Source: Octopus bimaculoides
Lineage: Eukaryota
Length of the DNA: 39,535 nt
NCBI RefSeq assembly: GCF_001194135.2
Contig: NC_068987.1
Span: 69,801,148 to 69,840,682, forward strand
Direction of reading: 5' to 3'
Part shown: positions 1 through 11,136 of the stretch, one piece after another
Numbering within the stretch: position 1 is the first letter of the stretch
Layout: every line of letters begins with the position of its first letter
Translations under genes and position numbers: made by a program
The notes under the pieces: generated by a model
Databases searched by the model: none
What the model saw: only the letters and a program-made list of their open reading frames with translations
Told to the model about the DNA's origin: nothing

Positions 1-613
1 ATATATATATATATATATATATATATAGATACATACATACATTGATAATTAAATAAACAGATACGTTGAAAGATATAATCCTGAATAAACATGAAAATAT
101 ACACACACATATACATAGATTTATGACATTTTAAAACTTATACCCGATTACACACATGGATATACATGTATAGCTATTTATGGATACATACACACACACA
201 CACTCAATTACACACACAGACCCACACACGCACATTTATATATATATGTATATGTATATATATTCAATGTATATAATTTCATATTATTATATTATTTTCT
301 ATTTTTTTGTGTGTGAATATGTACCTCCATGTGAAGTGAAATGTTCTTAAAATGAAGGGTCTCGATATTTCAACACAATTCCTTAATATCGTGTATGAGT
401 AAAAGATTATGAAATTGTTAAATGAAAGCACTGATCATTATAAAGCTATTTGAATAAGTCTGCACAGTTCCCAAACTATTGAGCATCAGTTTATTCATCT
501 ATTTTATATATACATACATACACCTACAGACACACGTACACACACATATATGTATATGTATTTATGTGCATCTGTGTATGAAGGCATCATTTTTGGGATA
601 TATATATATGTAC

Positions 614-624
614 AGATAGATAGG

Positions 625-661
<37 letters not shown>
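614..661. repeat. (GATA)n microsatellite
   Basis: Direct reading of tandem GATA units with one GGTA variant. Confidence 0.95.
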
Positions 662-663
<2 letters not shown>

Positions 664-828
664 ATAGACGCATATACATGTATGTGTCTTAATTATTACT
701 ATAAAATATAGAGAATATATAAGTAAATGTGTATGTATTCATTTGCAAGCGCATATGTGAATGTGTTTACACACACATATATACATATACTTATAAATAT
801 TTAGATATATGTGTACATGCATATATAC

Positions 829-829
<1 letters not shown>

Positions 830-904
<75 letters not shown>
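830..904. repeat. Compound (TA)n(TG)n microsatellite
   Basis: Direct reading; source of the IYIY/VCVC pseudo-ORFs at 729-1203. Confidence 0.95.
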
Positions 905-906
<2 letters not shown>

Positions 907-1233
907 ATTCATATGTGTAAGTGCGTGTGCGCATATGTTCGTGTGTGTGTTTGCGTCTGTGCGTATATACTTATATGAAAGGCAAAATTTATCAACAGTG
1001 TTTTTAAAAGTTACATCTTTAAATAAACAATTTTCTTCAGCATGTAGATGACCAGCTATTTGCATATATATATTTGTTTTTGTGTATTCATACAGACACA
1101 TCCTCATTCTGTCAAAAATGCAAGCAAAGTGTGCGCAAATCAATTTGATAGATATATGCATATGTGCATACACACATAGATATGTACGAATATATAGATA
1201 CATATATTAATATATATATACATATATATACAT

Positions 1234-1466
1234 GTTATTTCTTTACTACCCACAAGGGGCTACACACAGAGGGGACAAACAAGGACAGACTAACGGATTA
1301 AGTCGATTATACCGACACCAGTGCGTAACTGGTACTTAATTTATCGACCCCGAAAGGATGAAAGGCAAAGTCGACCTCGGCGGAATTTGAACTCAGAACG
1401 TAACGGCAGACGAATTACCGCTAAGCATTTCGCCTGGCGTGCTAAAGTTTCTGCCAGCTCGCCGCC
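1234..1466 (-). mobile_element. tRNA-derived SINE, family A, near full length
   Basis: Minus strand reads GGCGGCGAGCTGGCAGAA (A-box-like)...GAGTTCAAATTCC (B-box-like), then the core GTCGACTTTGCCTTTCATCCTTTCGGGGTCGATAAATTAAGTACCAG. The same head and core occur at 12790 and, diverged, at 3491. Confidence 0.9.
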
Positions 1467-3490
1467 AATGTTTTGCATGCACCAACATATCCATATTGAA
1501 ATGTCTGTGTGTATACACACACACACACACTTATATATACATATATGTTTCAGGGTGTGTACGTTAACACATCATATATAACTATGTATATGCATATCAA
1601 TATACAGCCACACACAGAACAATGCATATGTTTTTAAATATATTTGCACATTTCACCTCATAAGTGTCATAAAATTTTCTCTCTCTCTCTCCCCCCCTCT
1701 CTCTCTCTCTCTCTCNNNNNNNNNNNNNNNNNNNNNNNNNNNNNNNNNNNNNNNNNNNNNNNNNNNNNNNNNNNNNNNNNNNNNNNNNNNNNNNNNNNNN
1801 NNNNNNNNNNNNNNNNNNNNNNNNNNNNNNNNNNNNNNNNNNNNNNNNNNNNNNNNNNNNNNNNNNNNNNNNNNNNNNNNNNNNNNNNNNNNNNNNNNNN
1901 NNNNNNNNNNNNNNNNNNNNNNNNNNNNNNNNNNNNNNNNNNNNNNNNNNNNNNNNNNNNNNNNNNNNNNNNNNNNNNNNNNNNNNNNNNNNNNNNNNNN
2001 NNNNNNNNNNNNNNNNNNNNNNNNNNNNNNNNNNNNNNNNNNNNNNNNNNNNNNNNNNNNNNNNNNNNNNNNNNNNNNNNNNNNNNNNNNNNNNNNNNNN
2101 NNNNNNNNNNNNNNNNNNNNNNNNNNNNNNNNNNNNNNNNNNNNNNNNNNNNNNNNNNNNNNNNNNNNNNNNNNNNNNNNNNNNNNNNNNNNNNNNTGTG
2201 TGTGTTTGTGTGTGTGTATGTGTATTTGTGTGTGTGTGTGTGTGTGTGTATCTGTGTGTGTGTGTGTGTGTGTGTCTGTGTCTGTGAGTTAACTAAAATG
2301 AGACAACAAAGCCAAGCCTATGTAGAATTTATAGGATATTTGTAAAGAGAAAGATAGTCTACAGCTGTTTCAGGGATATTAGGAATATCCTTTAATCAGA
2401 GACGATGAGAGAGTTAACTAGAGGGAAATAGTAGAATTCAATATTACATCTGCTCTTTGAGTAAAATTTAGAAGATGGAAATTTCATGGAGGCTCGTTGT
2501 ACATGTTTGTGAATAAATATTTAAAGAAAAGGAAAAGAATTTACTCTTCTACACAAAAAAAATTTAGGCTTTCGACAGGGAGAGATGAAATATGTGCAAA
2601 ACAGAAATAAATACTGGGATTCGCATATTCGAATTAAAATGCTTCGTTTGACACACCAATGATCAGAAGCGTGTACTGATTTACTCCATCTGTAAGAAAT
2701 AGCAGTTCAATCCTCTCCAAGACTTACTCTGCTGTCATAATAATATTTTTTTCGCAGAATCCACTACAAGAAGAGAAGATCAAGCTCGGATGCTGTTAAT
2801 CATAGGTCTGCTCAAATAGGATACAGTAGGTAGCATATATAGTGGCTAAATCATTATCTGAGTATATTTATGTAAGTATTTATCCAACCCAATTAATCAT
2901 CTGCCACATTTCTATACGTCTAAAGTTATATGCCATTAAATTTCGAATAAATTCATCTTAGTAGTCAGTACCGGTTATTATGCAGACAGGCGCTTGCCTG
3001 GTTATGTAATGTCTTAGACATCTGGTAAATATCAGAATATGTCATTATGTAGTCGGCCATTCTAGCTATCGAATTTAATAGCCTGTCAGTTCAGAAACAA
3101 CTATACTACTAATTATGTAACTTCAGATCTACTCGCATAACACGTATAAATCATGTCACGAAACGGAGGTAATTTTTGTGTCACACATTTCAACAAGCCT
3201 TCTGGAAAGATTTGTCAGAAATATGTTGAGAGGAAAGATCGAATAAAGAGAACCTTTGGTATTCATGCTTTTTTGATACGACTTTTATTTCTATTGTATA
3301 AACATTTACAAAACTGGAGTCATAGCGTAGAGATAGTCGAATAGAATATTCAAATTTTATAGGAAATCTCTAGGTATGCTGTCAATTAAGTAAATTTAAA
3401 TAGATAATCAACGGTGTTAATGAGATAGCATTGTTGTGGTCGACTTCCTCAACTAACCCCTTCCCTCGAGAATCTGGCTTTGTGAAAGTT

Positions 3491-3667
3491 CTTGGCGGCA
3501 TTTCATGCACCTTTCCTTTCTGAGATCAAATTCGGATGAAGTTGTCTTTGTCTTTCATCCTTTTGAGTGGCTAAATGAGATGTAGTCAAGCGCTATATTC
3601 GTTGTAATCGATTAGCCCATACACCCAAAATTTTAGGCATTGACTTGTGCCTATAATAAAAAGGATT
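3491..3667 (+). mobile_element. Diverged, 5'-truncated family A SINE
   Basis: TTCTGAGATCAAATTCGGATGAAGTTGTCTTTGTCTTTCATCCTTT aligns to the family A B-box/core. The tail GTGCCTATAATAAAAAGGATT matches the 12790 copy tail CCTATAGTAGAAATGATT. Confidence 0.7.
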
Positions 3668-3669
3668 GC

Positions 3670-3698
3670 TATTATTGTTGTTATTATTGTTATTATTA

Positions 3699-3766
<68 letters not shown>
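3670..3766. repeat. (ATT)n / (TAA)n microsatellite between a SINE tail and an R4/Dong 3' end
   Basis: Direct reading. Confidence 0.95.
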
Positions 3767-4600
3767 TACTTTTAATTTGCATGTCTGTTACAATCACTTG
3801 CTGAAGCGCACTCAACGTCCTGGGGCGAGTGAAAGATAACAGAGGTTATAATATGACTGAAAGTTTGGGGAGGGTAAGTGGCAAGGGCAGCTGCGAAATA
3901 TCTACATGTAATACAACACAGACATTTAAATGGATAGTGTTTTTCTAAAGATGTAGGCAGTACTTGTCAGCACAATCTTCTGGATTTCTTTGTGACAGAT
4001 CTTATCTAGATGTTTCCAACATCCATTTCTTATCATACTTAAGGCATTCACAATAACAGAAATGGTTTTCGCTTTAAGATGCCACATCCTTTGCATTTCA
4101 ATTTCCAGGTCCTTATATTTACTTAATTTGTCAAATTCCTTTACAGATATATATTTTTTATCAGTGGGAACACTTACATCTATTGGTCAACAAGTATTTT
4201 CTTACCTGTTATGACAATGTCTGGTCGATTAGCCTCGATTAGTCGATTGTTCTGTTGGTGTTCACTGGAAAATCCTAGAGGATAGTAACGCTTTTATCTT
4301 CAAATGTATCGCAGCATCTGCATTTATGGTCAGAACCGTTTTGAAGAACGTTAGCCTGTTAGTGTTTGGTAAGCAAGCTTCGGTCTTGTGCCGCTAATAT
4401 GAAACTCTCAGTCTCTGGACTCAATCCTGAGCTTCTTAGTCACTGATGGGTTGTTGCTTGACCTACATCAGTATTGCAGCTTCGAAGTATATACTGTCTA
4501 TGCAACGGCTTCTGGCTCCACCACTTCTGAATTTGTTTCTGCCCATTCGTTTTTGCAGCAGTCTGTTTGATCCGTATTGCTTGTTTGAGAGATCAGACTC
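3767..4600 (-). mobile_element. R4/Dong-type RLE non-LTR retrotransposon, decayed 3' fragment (post-RT region, RLE endonuclease, 3' UTR, TAA tail)
   Basis: Manual minus-strand translation across stops and frameshifts gives KWWSQKPLHRQY...HQ*LRSSGLSPETESFILAAQD...CRCC. This is followed by IL*DFPV..IEANRPDIVI (RPD at 4227-4219), IDVSVPTD, KEFDKLSKYKDLEIEMQRMW and EIQKIVLTSTAYIFRKTLSI* (stop 3928-3926). These are the PD-(D/E)xK restriction-like endonuclease and C-terminus typical of R4/Dong elements. Confidence 0.9.
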
Positions 4601-5100
4601 ATTGCATATGATCCTGTGTAAGTTTATCATGCCAAGTCTATCATAGTTGTTAATATATTCATTTGAGGCTAGTACTGAGCATTCAGATACGAGGTGGTCT
4701 ATTGTTTTCTTGGTTGCTCTACAAGAGCGGCAGGCAGGATCAATACCAGTTTCCAAAAGCTTGCTTCGTAGTTTCTGCTAGGCAGACACTGATCTTCAGC
4801 TGTTATAACGAAACTCTCGCTTCCTGCATGGACCATATTTGTATAAATATCAGGATTTCTGGCCCATTTGGTATTTGCCTTGCAACGCCTAACTTTTCCA
4901 TGCATTTCGCAGATCTAAGATTCCATTTGATTTGGCTTGTGTTTTTTTAATTTTATCAGCGTTCCTCTCACAGTTGGTATATTTTGTTTCATCTAGTTGC
5001 ACATCAGCCCCGTTGATCTTTAATTTTTGTATATACTTCTTTGCTTCTTCTTATATTGAACATATTATTTTCAACTTCCATATTTGCTAAAAAGTTTAAG
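4600..5100 (-). mobile_element. Second R4/Dong-type fragment (post-RT region plus CCHC zinc knuckle)
   Basis: EEAKKY, AWKS*ALQGKY, ESFVITAEDQCLPSRNY, and CRSCRATKKTIDHLVSEC (CX2CX8HX4C at 4732-4679) in ORFs 4699..4905 and 4463..4756. Confidence 0.85.
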
Positions 5101-5184
5101 CATTCAGTCGCCGGTGTTCTTTAGACAGGCGCCTTCCCCCACGGCTGCTACCGTCAGAAACAGTTGCAGCTCCATCAGTTCACG

Positions 5185-5426
5185 TATATCACATGATAAT
5201 TTACTATAACAATTGACAAGATGAATTGCTGCCAGACATGTTAACGTTTGTGTAACAATCTAATCACTACGATTCAAAATCTATAGGAATAGTTTGCTTA
5301 TATATTCTCTCGCCGCCTGCTAATTAAGTAACGTAAAGTTTGGATTAAAAATCAAAAATCTTCAGATTCTAATAAATTCTACAACTTAATATTGTCGAGT
5401 AAGATATTTACTATTTATATCGTTTG
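5185..5426 (+). repeat. Copy 1 of a diverged ~240-bp direct repeat (partner at 8128-8346)
   Basis: 5238-5306 and 8167-8235 align without gaps at 57/69 by my count. Further shared blocks are AAGTTTGGATTAA, CAGATTCT and ATATCGTTTG. Confidence 0.8.
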
Positions 5427-7037
5427 CAAACGGGTTCACCATTCCATATATGAGCACATGATGATGCCCATATCATATATGAACACATGATGCATAGTCT
5501 GTCTACATATGTGTTTGGTTGAAGCATACGGTGCACTGTGAGGAGCTGGACCTTTTTGTATCAATATTACTGATCTTATTGATGAATCATTTTATGATGT
5601 TAAAGCTGTATATCACAACATGTATAGCTACGAAAACATTCTTCACGCATTTGTGACTGCTGGATGCCATTCCTTGCACATACAATTGAATATATGTAAT
5701 TTATTTCGGGATTTAATTCCTTGATGGTGGTAGACTGGTCTACATGTTGTTCTATAGCCATTTTCCCTTAAACATTAGTACTTCATGAAGGGCGCACTCT
5801 ATTTGTATATAATTACTCAACTGCTTAGGACTGTTGAAAATAGTTCCAGTGGCAGATGATCTTGCATTATAAGATTTAAACGATCTTATTTGTTTGTGAA
5901 CTTTCGTGAAATGCTTTATTATTATTGTTGCTGCTGCTACTGCTGCTGCTGTTTTTATTGATTTTGTTTACGTCGTCGTCGTCATCAGTGTTATTTATCT
6001 TATTATTATTAACGATTAATTAAAAGACACAGAAATCTGCTAATCTTTTTCAAACTAGCAAACATTTCCCGACTAGTTAACCCGAAAGCACCAGTCTGAA
6101 CATCAACAAGGAGCATTTAATCATCCGAATCGTATTAAGATTGAGTATTCTGTAGGACATTAGATGGGAACAACTTAGGTTGTTAACAAGTCAAAGTGGT
6201 CGGCTACAAACCACAAATTTGTGATCAGTGCGGTCAACATAGATAGATTACGGAAGCAGGGACCCCCATTACTGGAAGCTGAACTTGTCATTCCCAGTAC
6301 GCCAGGTTTACAGACTGCATTAACATATCGGGCGGGGTTTGAGGGAGGAACCTTCAAGAGCCAATGCTGGTACACTTGAAAGGAAATAGGGCTACTAGGT
6401 TACAGTCAATACAGCATCTTAATGAAATATCATTGGAGGAGTGTAGACGGAAATAAGATTAATATTTGTGTATGGATGTGGATATGTGTGATGAGATAGA
6501 AAATAAGAGAAATATAAATAGAAAAAAGACAAAAGTATTATATAGCAGAATCACAATGCAAATAAACTCTGATTATCGACATGTAGCTTCGTGTTTAACA
6601 GAGAAACTGAAATACATGTGACACTTTTCACTTAAATTTACTCTATACTGTCATAGTGATTTTCTGTTGCCTGTAAATATAAACTATGGTGTCCGATTGA
6701 CCGATTCTTGCCGTTATCGGTTTGTGAGACAAGTAATTTATTTTGAGCAGTAACCTATTTCATTTGGCATCAAGTCAGATTACCGAATTGGAGTTCTGTG
6801 ATTTTTAATATGGCTATTTTTATCTAATGATAGAAAGTCTATAGAAGTGATACACTAATAAATTCGTCTAGGTATTTGTTTAATCCATTTTTATTTCAAT
6901 ACGCCTATCAATTAAATAATAAAGACAAAACTCTTACATAGATTATCTCACTAAATGTTTAGACTCTACTTAGTGCAGTTTGTATTGAACATTCGTACCA
7001 CTTCGTACCATAATATATAAAACAGTATCTAGCGACC

Positions 7038-7204
7038 GCTCTCTCTCTCCTGCTGTCTCTCTCCTGCTGTCTCTCTCCTGCTCTCTCTCTCCTGCTCTCT
7101 CTCTCCTGCTCTCTCTCTCCTGCTCTCTCTCCTGCTGTCTCTCTCCTGCTCTCTCTCCTGCTGTCTCTCTCCTGCTCTCTCTCTCTCTCTCTCTCTCTCT
7201 CCTG
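7038..7204. repeat. CT-rich minisatellite with periodic CCTG/CTGT interruptions, running into a gap
   Basis: Units such as CTCTCTCCTG and CTCTCTCCTGCTGT; source of the ERERQE pseudo-ORFs. Confidence 0.9.
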
Positions 7205-7711
7205 NNNNNNNNNNNNNNNNNNNNNNNNNNNNNNNNNNNNNNNNNNNNNNNNNNNNNNNNNNNNNNNNNNNNNNNNNNNNNNNNNNNNNNNNNNNNNNNN
7301 NNNNNNNNNNNNNNNNNNNNNNNNNNNNNNNNNNNNNNNNNNNNNNNNNNNNNNNNNNNNNNNNNNNNNNNNNNNNNNNNNNNNNNNNNNNNNNNNNNNN
7401 NNNNNNNNNNNNNNNNNNNNNNNNNNNNNNNNNNNNNNNNNNNNNNNNNNNNNNNNNNNNNNNNNNNNNNNNNNNNNNNNNNNNNNNNNNNNNNNNNNNN
7501 NNNNNNNNNNNNNNNNNNNNNNNNNNNNNNNNNNNNNNNNNNNNNNNNNNNNNNNNNNNNNNNNNNNNNNNNNNNNNNNNNNNNNNNNNNNNNNNNNNNN
7601 NNNNNNNNNNNNNNNNNNNNNNNNNNNNNNNNNNNNNNNNNNNNNNNNNNNNNNNNNNNNNNNNNNNNNNNNNNNNNNNNNNNNNNNNNNNNNNNNNNNN
7701 NNNNNNNNNNN

Positions 7712-7749
<38 letters not shown>

Positions 7750-8127
7750 CACACACCTGTTTTCGACGGAATCTAACATACTGTTACTCAACGTTACCGT
7801 ACAACGTTTTCCAGAAATAACTACTAAAAGGTTGAAGTATATAACAGAATTATGTGTGTGACGTTGCTCCTTCGCGTTATGTAGACCAGTCATTTTGAGA
7901 AGAAAAAAAATGGAAATTAGTGAATTCTTACACACTTGATTAATTTCCAGCTACAAAATGATAAAATAACTAATTTGCCAGGGAATGGATCTGCGATACC
8001 CTTAAAGTTGAAAGCCTTTTCAAAACAGAATTACGCATTTAGTCATTCATGAACACTGATTTTCATAAATAATCGGATTTGTGTATTTTACTCATGAAAT
8101 ATCACAACTTGTATGTAAGTAAGTGAA

Positions 8128-8346
8128 TATATCACACTCTACTACAAAACTTGATTAGTGAGTCATATGTTAACGATTGTAAAACAAGCTAATCACTATG
8201 ATTCACAATGCTCAGGAATGTTTTGCTTATATATTGTGACGTTGCCCGCGTAATTACATAAAGTGAAGTTTGGATTAATGGTCAGATTCTGATGAATTAT
8301 ACAGCTTACTCCATAGGAGTACCTTATGTAGTACTAATATCGTTTG
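8128..8346 (+). repeat. Copy 2 of the diverged ~240-bp direct repeat
   Basis: Same alignment as for 5185-5426. Confidence 0.8.
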
Positions 8347-8386
8347 TGAACTCGTACAGTAATCCATATATCCACACAACCACACG

Positions 8387-8391
<5 letters not shown>

Positions 8392-8476
<85 letters not shown>
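8392..8476. repeat. (CA)n(TA)n microsatellite
   Basis: Direct reading; its TA end is the mariner insertion site. Confidence 0.95.
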
Positions 8477-8477
<1 letters not shown>

Positions 8478-8865
8478 TAGGTTGTTTCACATGAAATGTC
8501 GCATTTTTAATTACTTGTTATTTCAGTCATTTAAAAACTCAGTTATATATTTCTTGCATGTAATCTTGACTCATTTTCTTTCCCAAAAGTATTGCTATAC
8601 AAAATTCGTACCCACAGACCTTATGAAAATGATAACAACTAAACTATGTTGTGTGATTTTCTCGTATGAATACAAACTGGGTCACTCTGCAGCAGAAGCT
8701 CTACGGAATATCAAGCAGGCCATTGATAAAGCTTTTGTTGACATGAGAACTGTTCGGAGATGGTTCCAAATCTCTCGTTCAGCAGATGGTAGCCTTGAAA
8801 ATAAATCGAGGAGTAGGCTAAAATCAATTATTCGGCATGATGGACTAAATGCTTTAGTTGAACAT
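8475..8865 (+). mobile_element. mariner transposon 5' end: left TIR plus N-terminal HTH of the transposase (truncated)
   Basis: TA|TTAGGTTGTTTCACATGAAATGTCGCATTTTT resembles mariner TIRs. The translation from 8623 includes IFSYEYKLGHSAAEALRNI...RTVRRWFQISRSADGSLENKSRS...LNALVE, matching the Mos1/Hsmar-type paired HTH region. No DD34D domain or right TIR seen. Confidence 0.88.
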
Positions 8866-9067
8866 GACACAGAATGTAACAAGTTTAGCCCTTTGAATTA
8901 CAGGTACAGCTCATTTTTGCCAGCTGTCTGGACTAGAGCAACGTTAAATAAAGTGTCTTCTTCAAAGACACATCGTACAGCCTTGAATCAAACTCATACA
9001 ACGTGCTTCCTGGAATTGAACTTACGATCGTGAACCGATTGCCCTAACCACAAAACCACGCACCCTC
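8865..9067 (-). mobile_element. tRNA-derived SINE, family D (Meta-like core), 3'-truncated
   Basis: Minus strand reads GAGGGTGCGTGGTTTTGTGGTTAGGGC...AAGTTCAATTCC (tRNA-like head), then GTGTCTTTGAAGAAGACACTTTA...CTAGTCCAGACAGCTGGCAAAAATGAG. It continues with CCTGTAATTCAAAGGG..CTTGTTACATTCTGTGTCA, which is shared with the 22698 SINE. Confidence 0.75.
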
Positions 9068-10189
9068 AACTACGGGCATACACACACACATACACACACG
9101 CGCAACCAAACTTACCTACATACCCATACATACACATGAGTGAATGTGTGTTCAAGTGTATCTAAGTGTGTATATACATACGTATACGTTGTACCAGTTG
9201 AATGATGATAATGAAATTGAATAAAAGGGTATAACATAAAATGAAGATAAAAATGATCGAAATAAATAGACAAAGAAAGAACGGAAGAAATAAAGAAAGA
9301 AAATAGAGAGAATGAATTAATTACGTGGAGTGAAAAGGAATACTGAAAAATTATTAAAGGGAAGGAAAAAGAACGACTAAAAAATATTTCTCATTTAATG
9401 ACCAGTTACCTTTGACAATAAATGTAGCAGAATGAATATTGTAAAAACTGGAAATGGGAGTTCCTTGAAGCCAATATGCGTTTTCGATAAAGTATTGTGT
9501 CTAGTTTTGATATTCAGTAATGTTTACTAAATATAACAGTTCATTCCATATTTGAAATATTAGATAGAGTAATTGCGAGATGGGTTTTTACTATACGGTT
9601 AATTAGATCAATAGGTAGTGCAGTTTCTAATACTAATTATTCAGGTTGAGACGTTACTAAAAGTGATAAATTTGAAGAGGTATTTGCAAATGGAGGGTGG
9701 ACAGGCAAAGAAGAAAAACTGTTTCATACACATAGAAGAGATGACTAACGATGGCTATTCTCGTTGATTTAGCAATTAATGTATTCCTTTAGTCATTTTC
9801 AAAAGATATGCGAAAATTGTATGAAATTCTGAAGATATTAAAGTACTAAACATTAATGAATGAAAATATTATAAATCCGTAATTTTTCTGTTGGTTGCTG
9901 TTAAATGCAGAAGAAATACACAATAGTATTTGTATCTGCGCAGCTGGTTTTATATAAAGATTTCAACAAGGATGTCAGTAAATATAAAAGGTCAAATATA
10001 TGAATGGCTTTAGTTGAAAAATTAAATGCTTCATGTATACATACACGCACAAACACACACATACGCATAAATACATCGACACACACACAGGACACGTGCA
10101 CACATACACGCACACACATATATATATGTACATATATGTATGTACATATATGAATGTACATAAATGTATGTATAATATGCGTATATATA

Positions 10190-11136
10190 TAATCCAATGA
10201 AAAGAAGACGAAGAAAATTCTTTAACACATGTTTAACCATAACTTACAATTGTTTCCGTACCATCTCCATTCGCAACGCCGTTTTACGCGAAAATTCTAA
10301 AAGAAAAATTACATAATATTTGTGATTTTAGGCATTGGAGAGGTACTTCCTCATGCTTGTATCAAGGGCGTGCTATTACATTGTGCGTCTATCTGATCTT
10401 GTTGTTTAGTAAGTATCGGGAGGAAATAAGAAAGAAAAAAAAAATAAACGAGTGTATGCGGATGAGTCTGTGGGGAAAGATATTATGTGTCGGGGGAGGA
10501 ATGAATAGGGTGGATACGTATAATGATAGGAGAAAGGGAAGGAGGGGGATGAAACCGTATAGAAGATGGCGAAAGAGAAGTAGAAGAGAGAGGAGAAGAA
10601 TCGGAAGAAGGAAAAGAAGAAGAAGAAGAAGAAGAAGAAGAAGAAGAAGAAGAAGAAGAAGAAGAAAAGAAAAAGAAGAAGAAGAAGAAAAAGAAGAAGA
10701 AGAAGAAGAAGAAGAAGAAGAAGAAGAAGAAGAAGAAGAAGAAGAAAACAGAAGAAGAAGAAAAAAAGAAGAAAATGGGCAGTACTCCATATAGTATAAC
10801 GGTTTGTCCAGTCCTATGGTGGCGGTGTATCAGCCAGTACAGCCAGGAACATTGTGACCAAAATTCGCCTGATGGAAGACCATGTATTTGACTACACAGC
10901 GGCATTAGGCTGCGACAACTTAAAGCGAAAAGATCTTTTAAATAGATAACTAGACAATTGTCTGGACTCAAAAGATGAGGGTGTTAATGATGCATTTGCC
11001 TAAAACCGCAAATATTACGTAATTTTTGTTTTCGCGTAAATTGGCGTTACCAATGCAGATGGTACAGAAACATTTGTAAGTTATAATTGAAGATGTGTTA
11101 AAGAATTTTCTTTGTCTTCTTCTTTTCATTGGATTA
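10190..11136 (+). mobile_element. Long-TIR non-autonomous DNA transposon with Mutator/MULE-like transposase remnant
   Basis: 10190-10334 and 10997-11136 are inverted repeats (about 16 mismatches and 2 indels by my count). Inside, 10331-10396 reads GIGEVLPHACIKGVLLHCASI* and 10800-10949 reads RFVQSYG..STARNIVTKIRLMEDHVFDY..DLLN. Together these resemble the MULE xxVFPxAxIxGCxFHxxQxIWRxVQ region. The TIR is seen directly; the MULE call is from motif memory. Confidence 0.7.
10612..10772. repeat. (GAA)n triplet repeat inside the long-TIR element
   Basis: Direct reading; source of the poly-R/E/S/L pseudo-ORFs. Confidence 0.95.

Noticed and set aside
2758-2830. Acceptor-like TTTTTTCGCAG followed by NPLQEEKIKLGCC* (Rab-like CC end)
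   Set aside because: All three frames give short plausible peptides, and no upstream GTPase exons were found.
6175-6380. Relatively GC-rich stretch with short open frames on both strands
   Set aside because: No recognisable motif or splice support.
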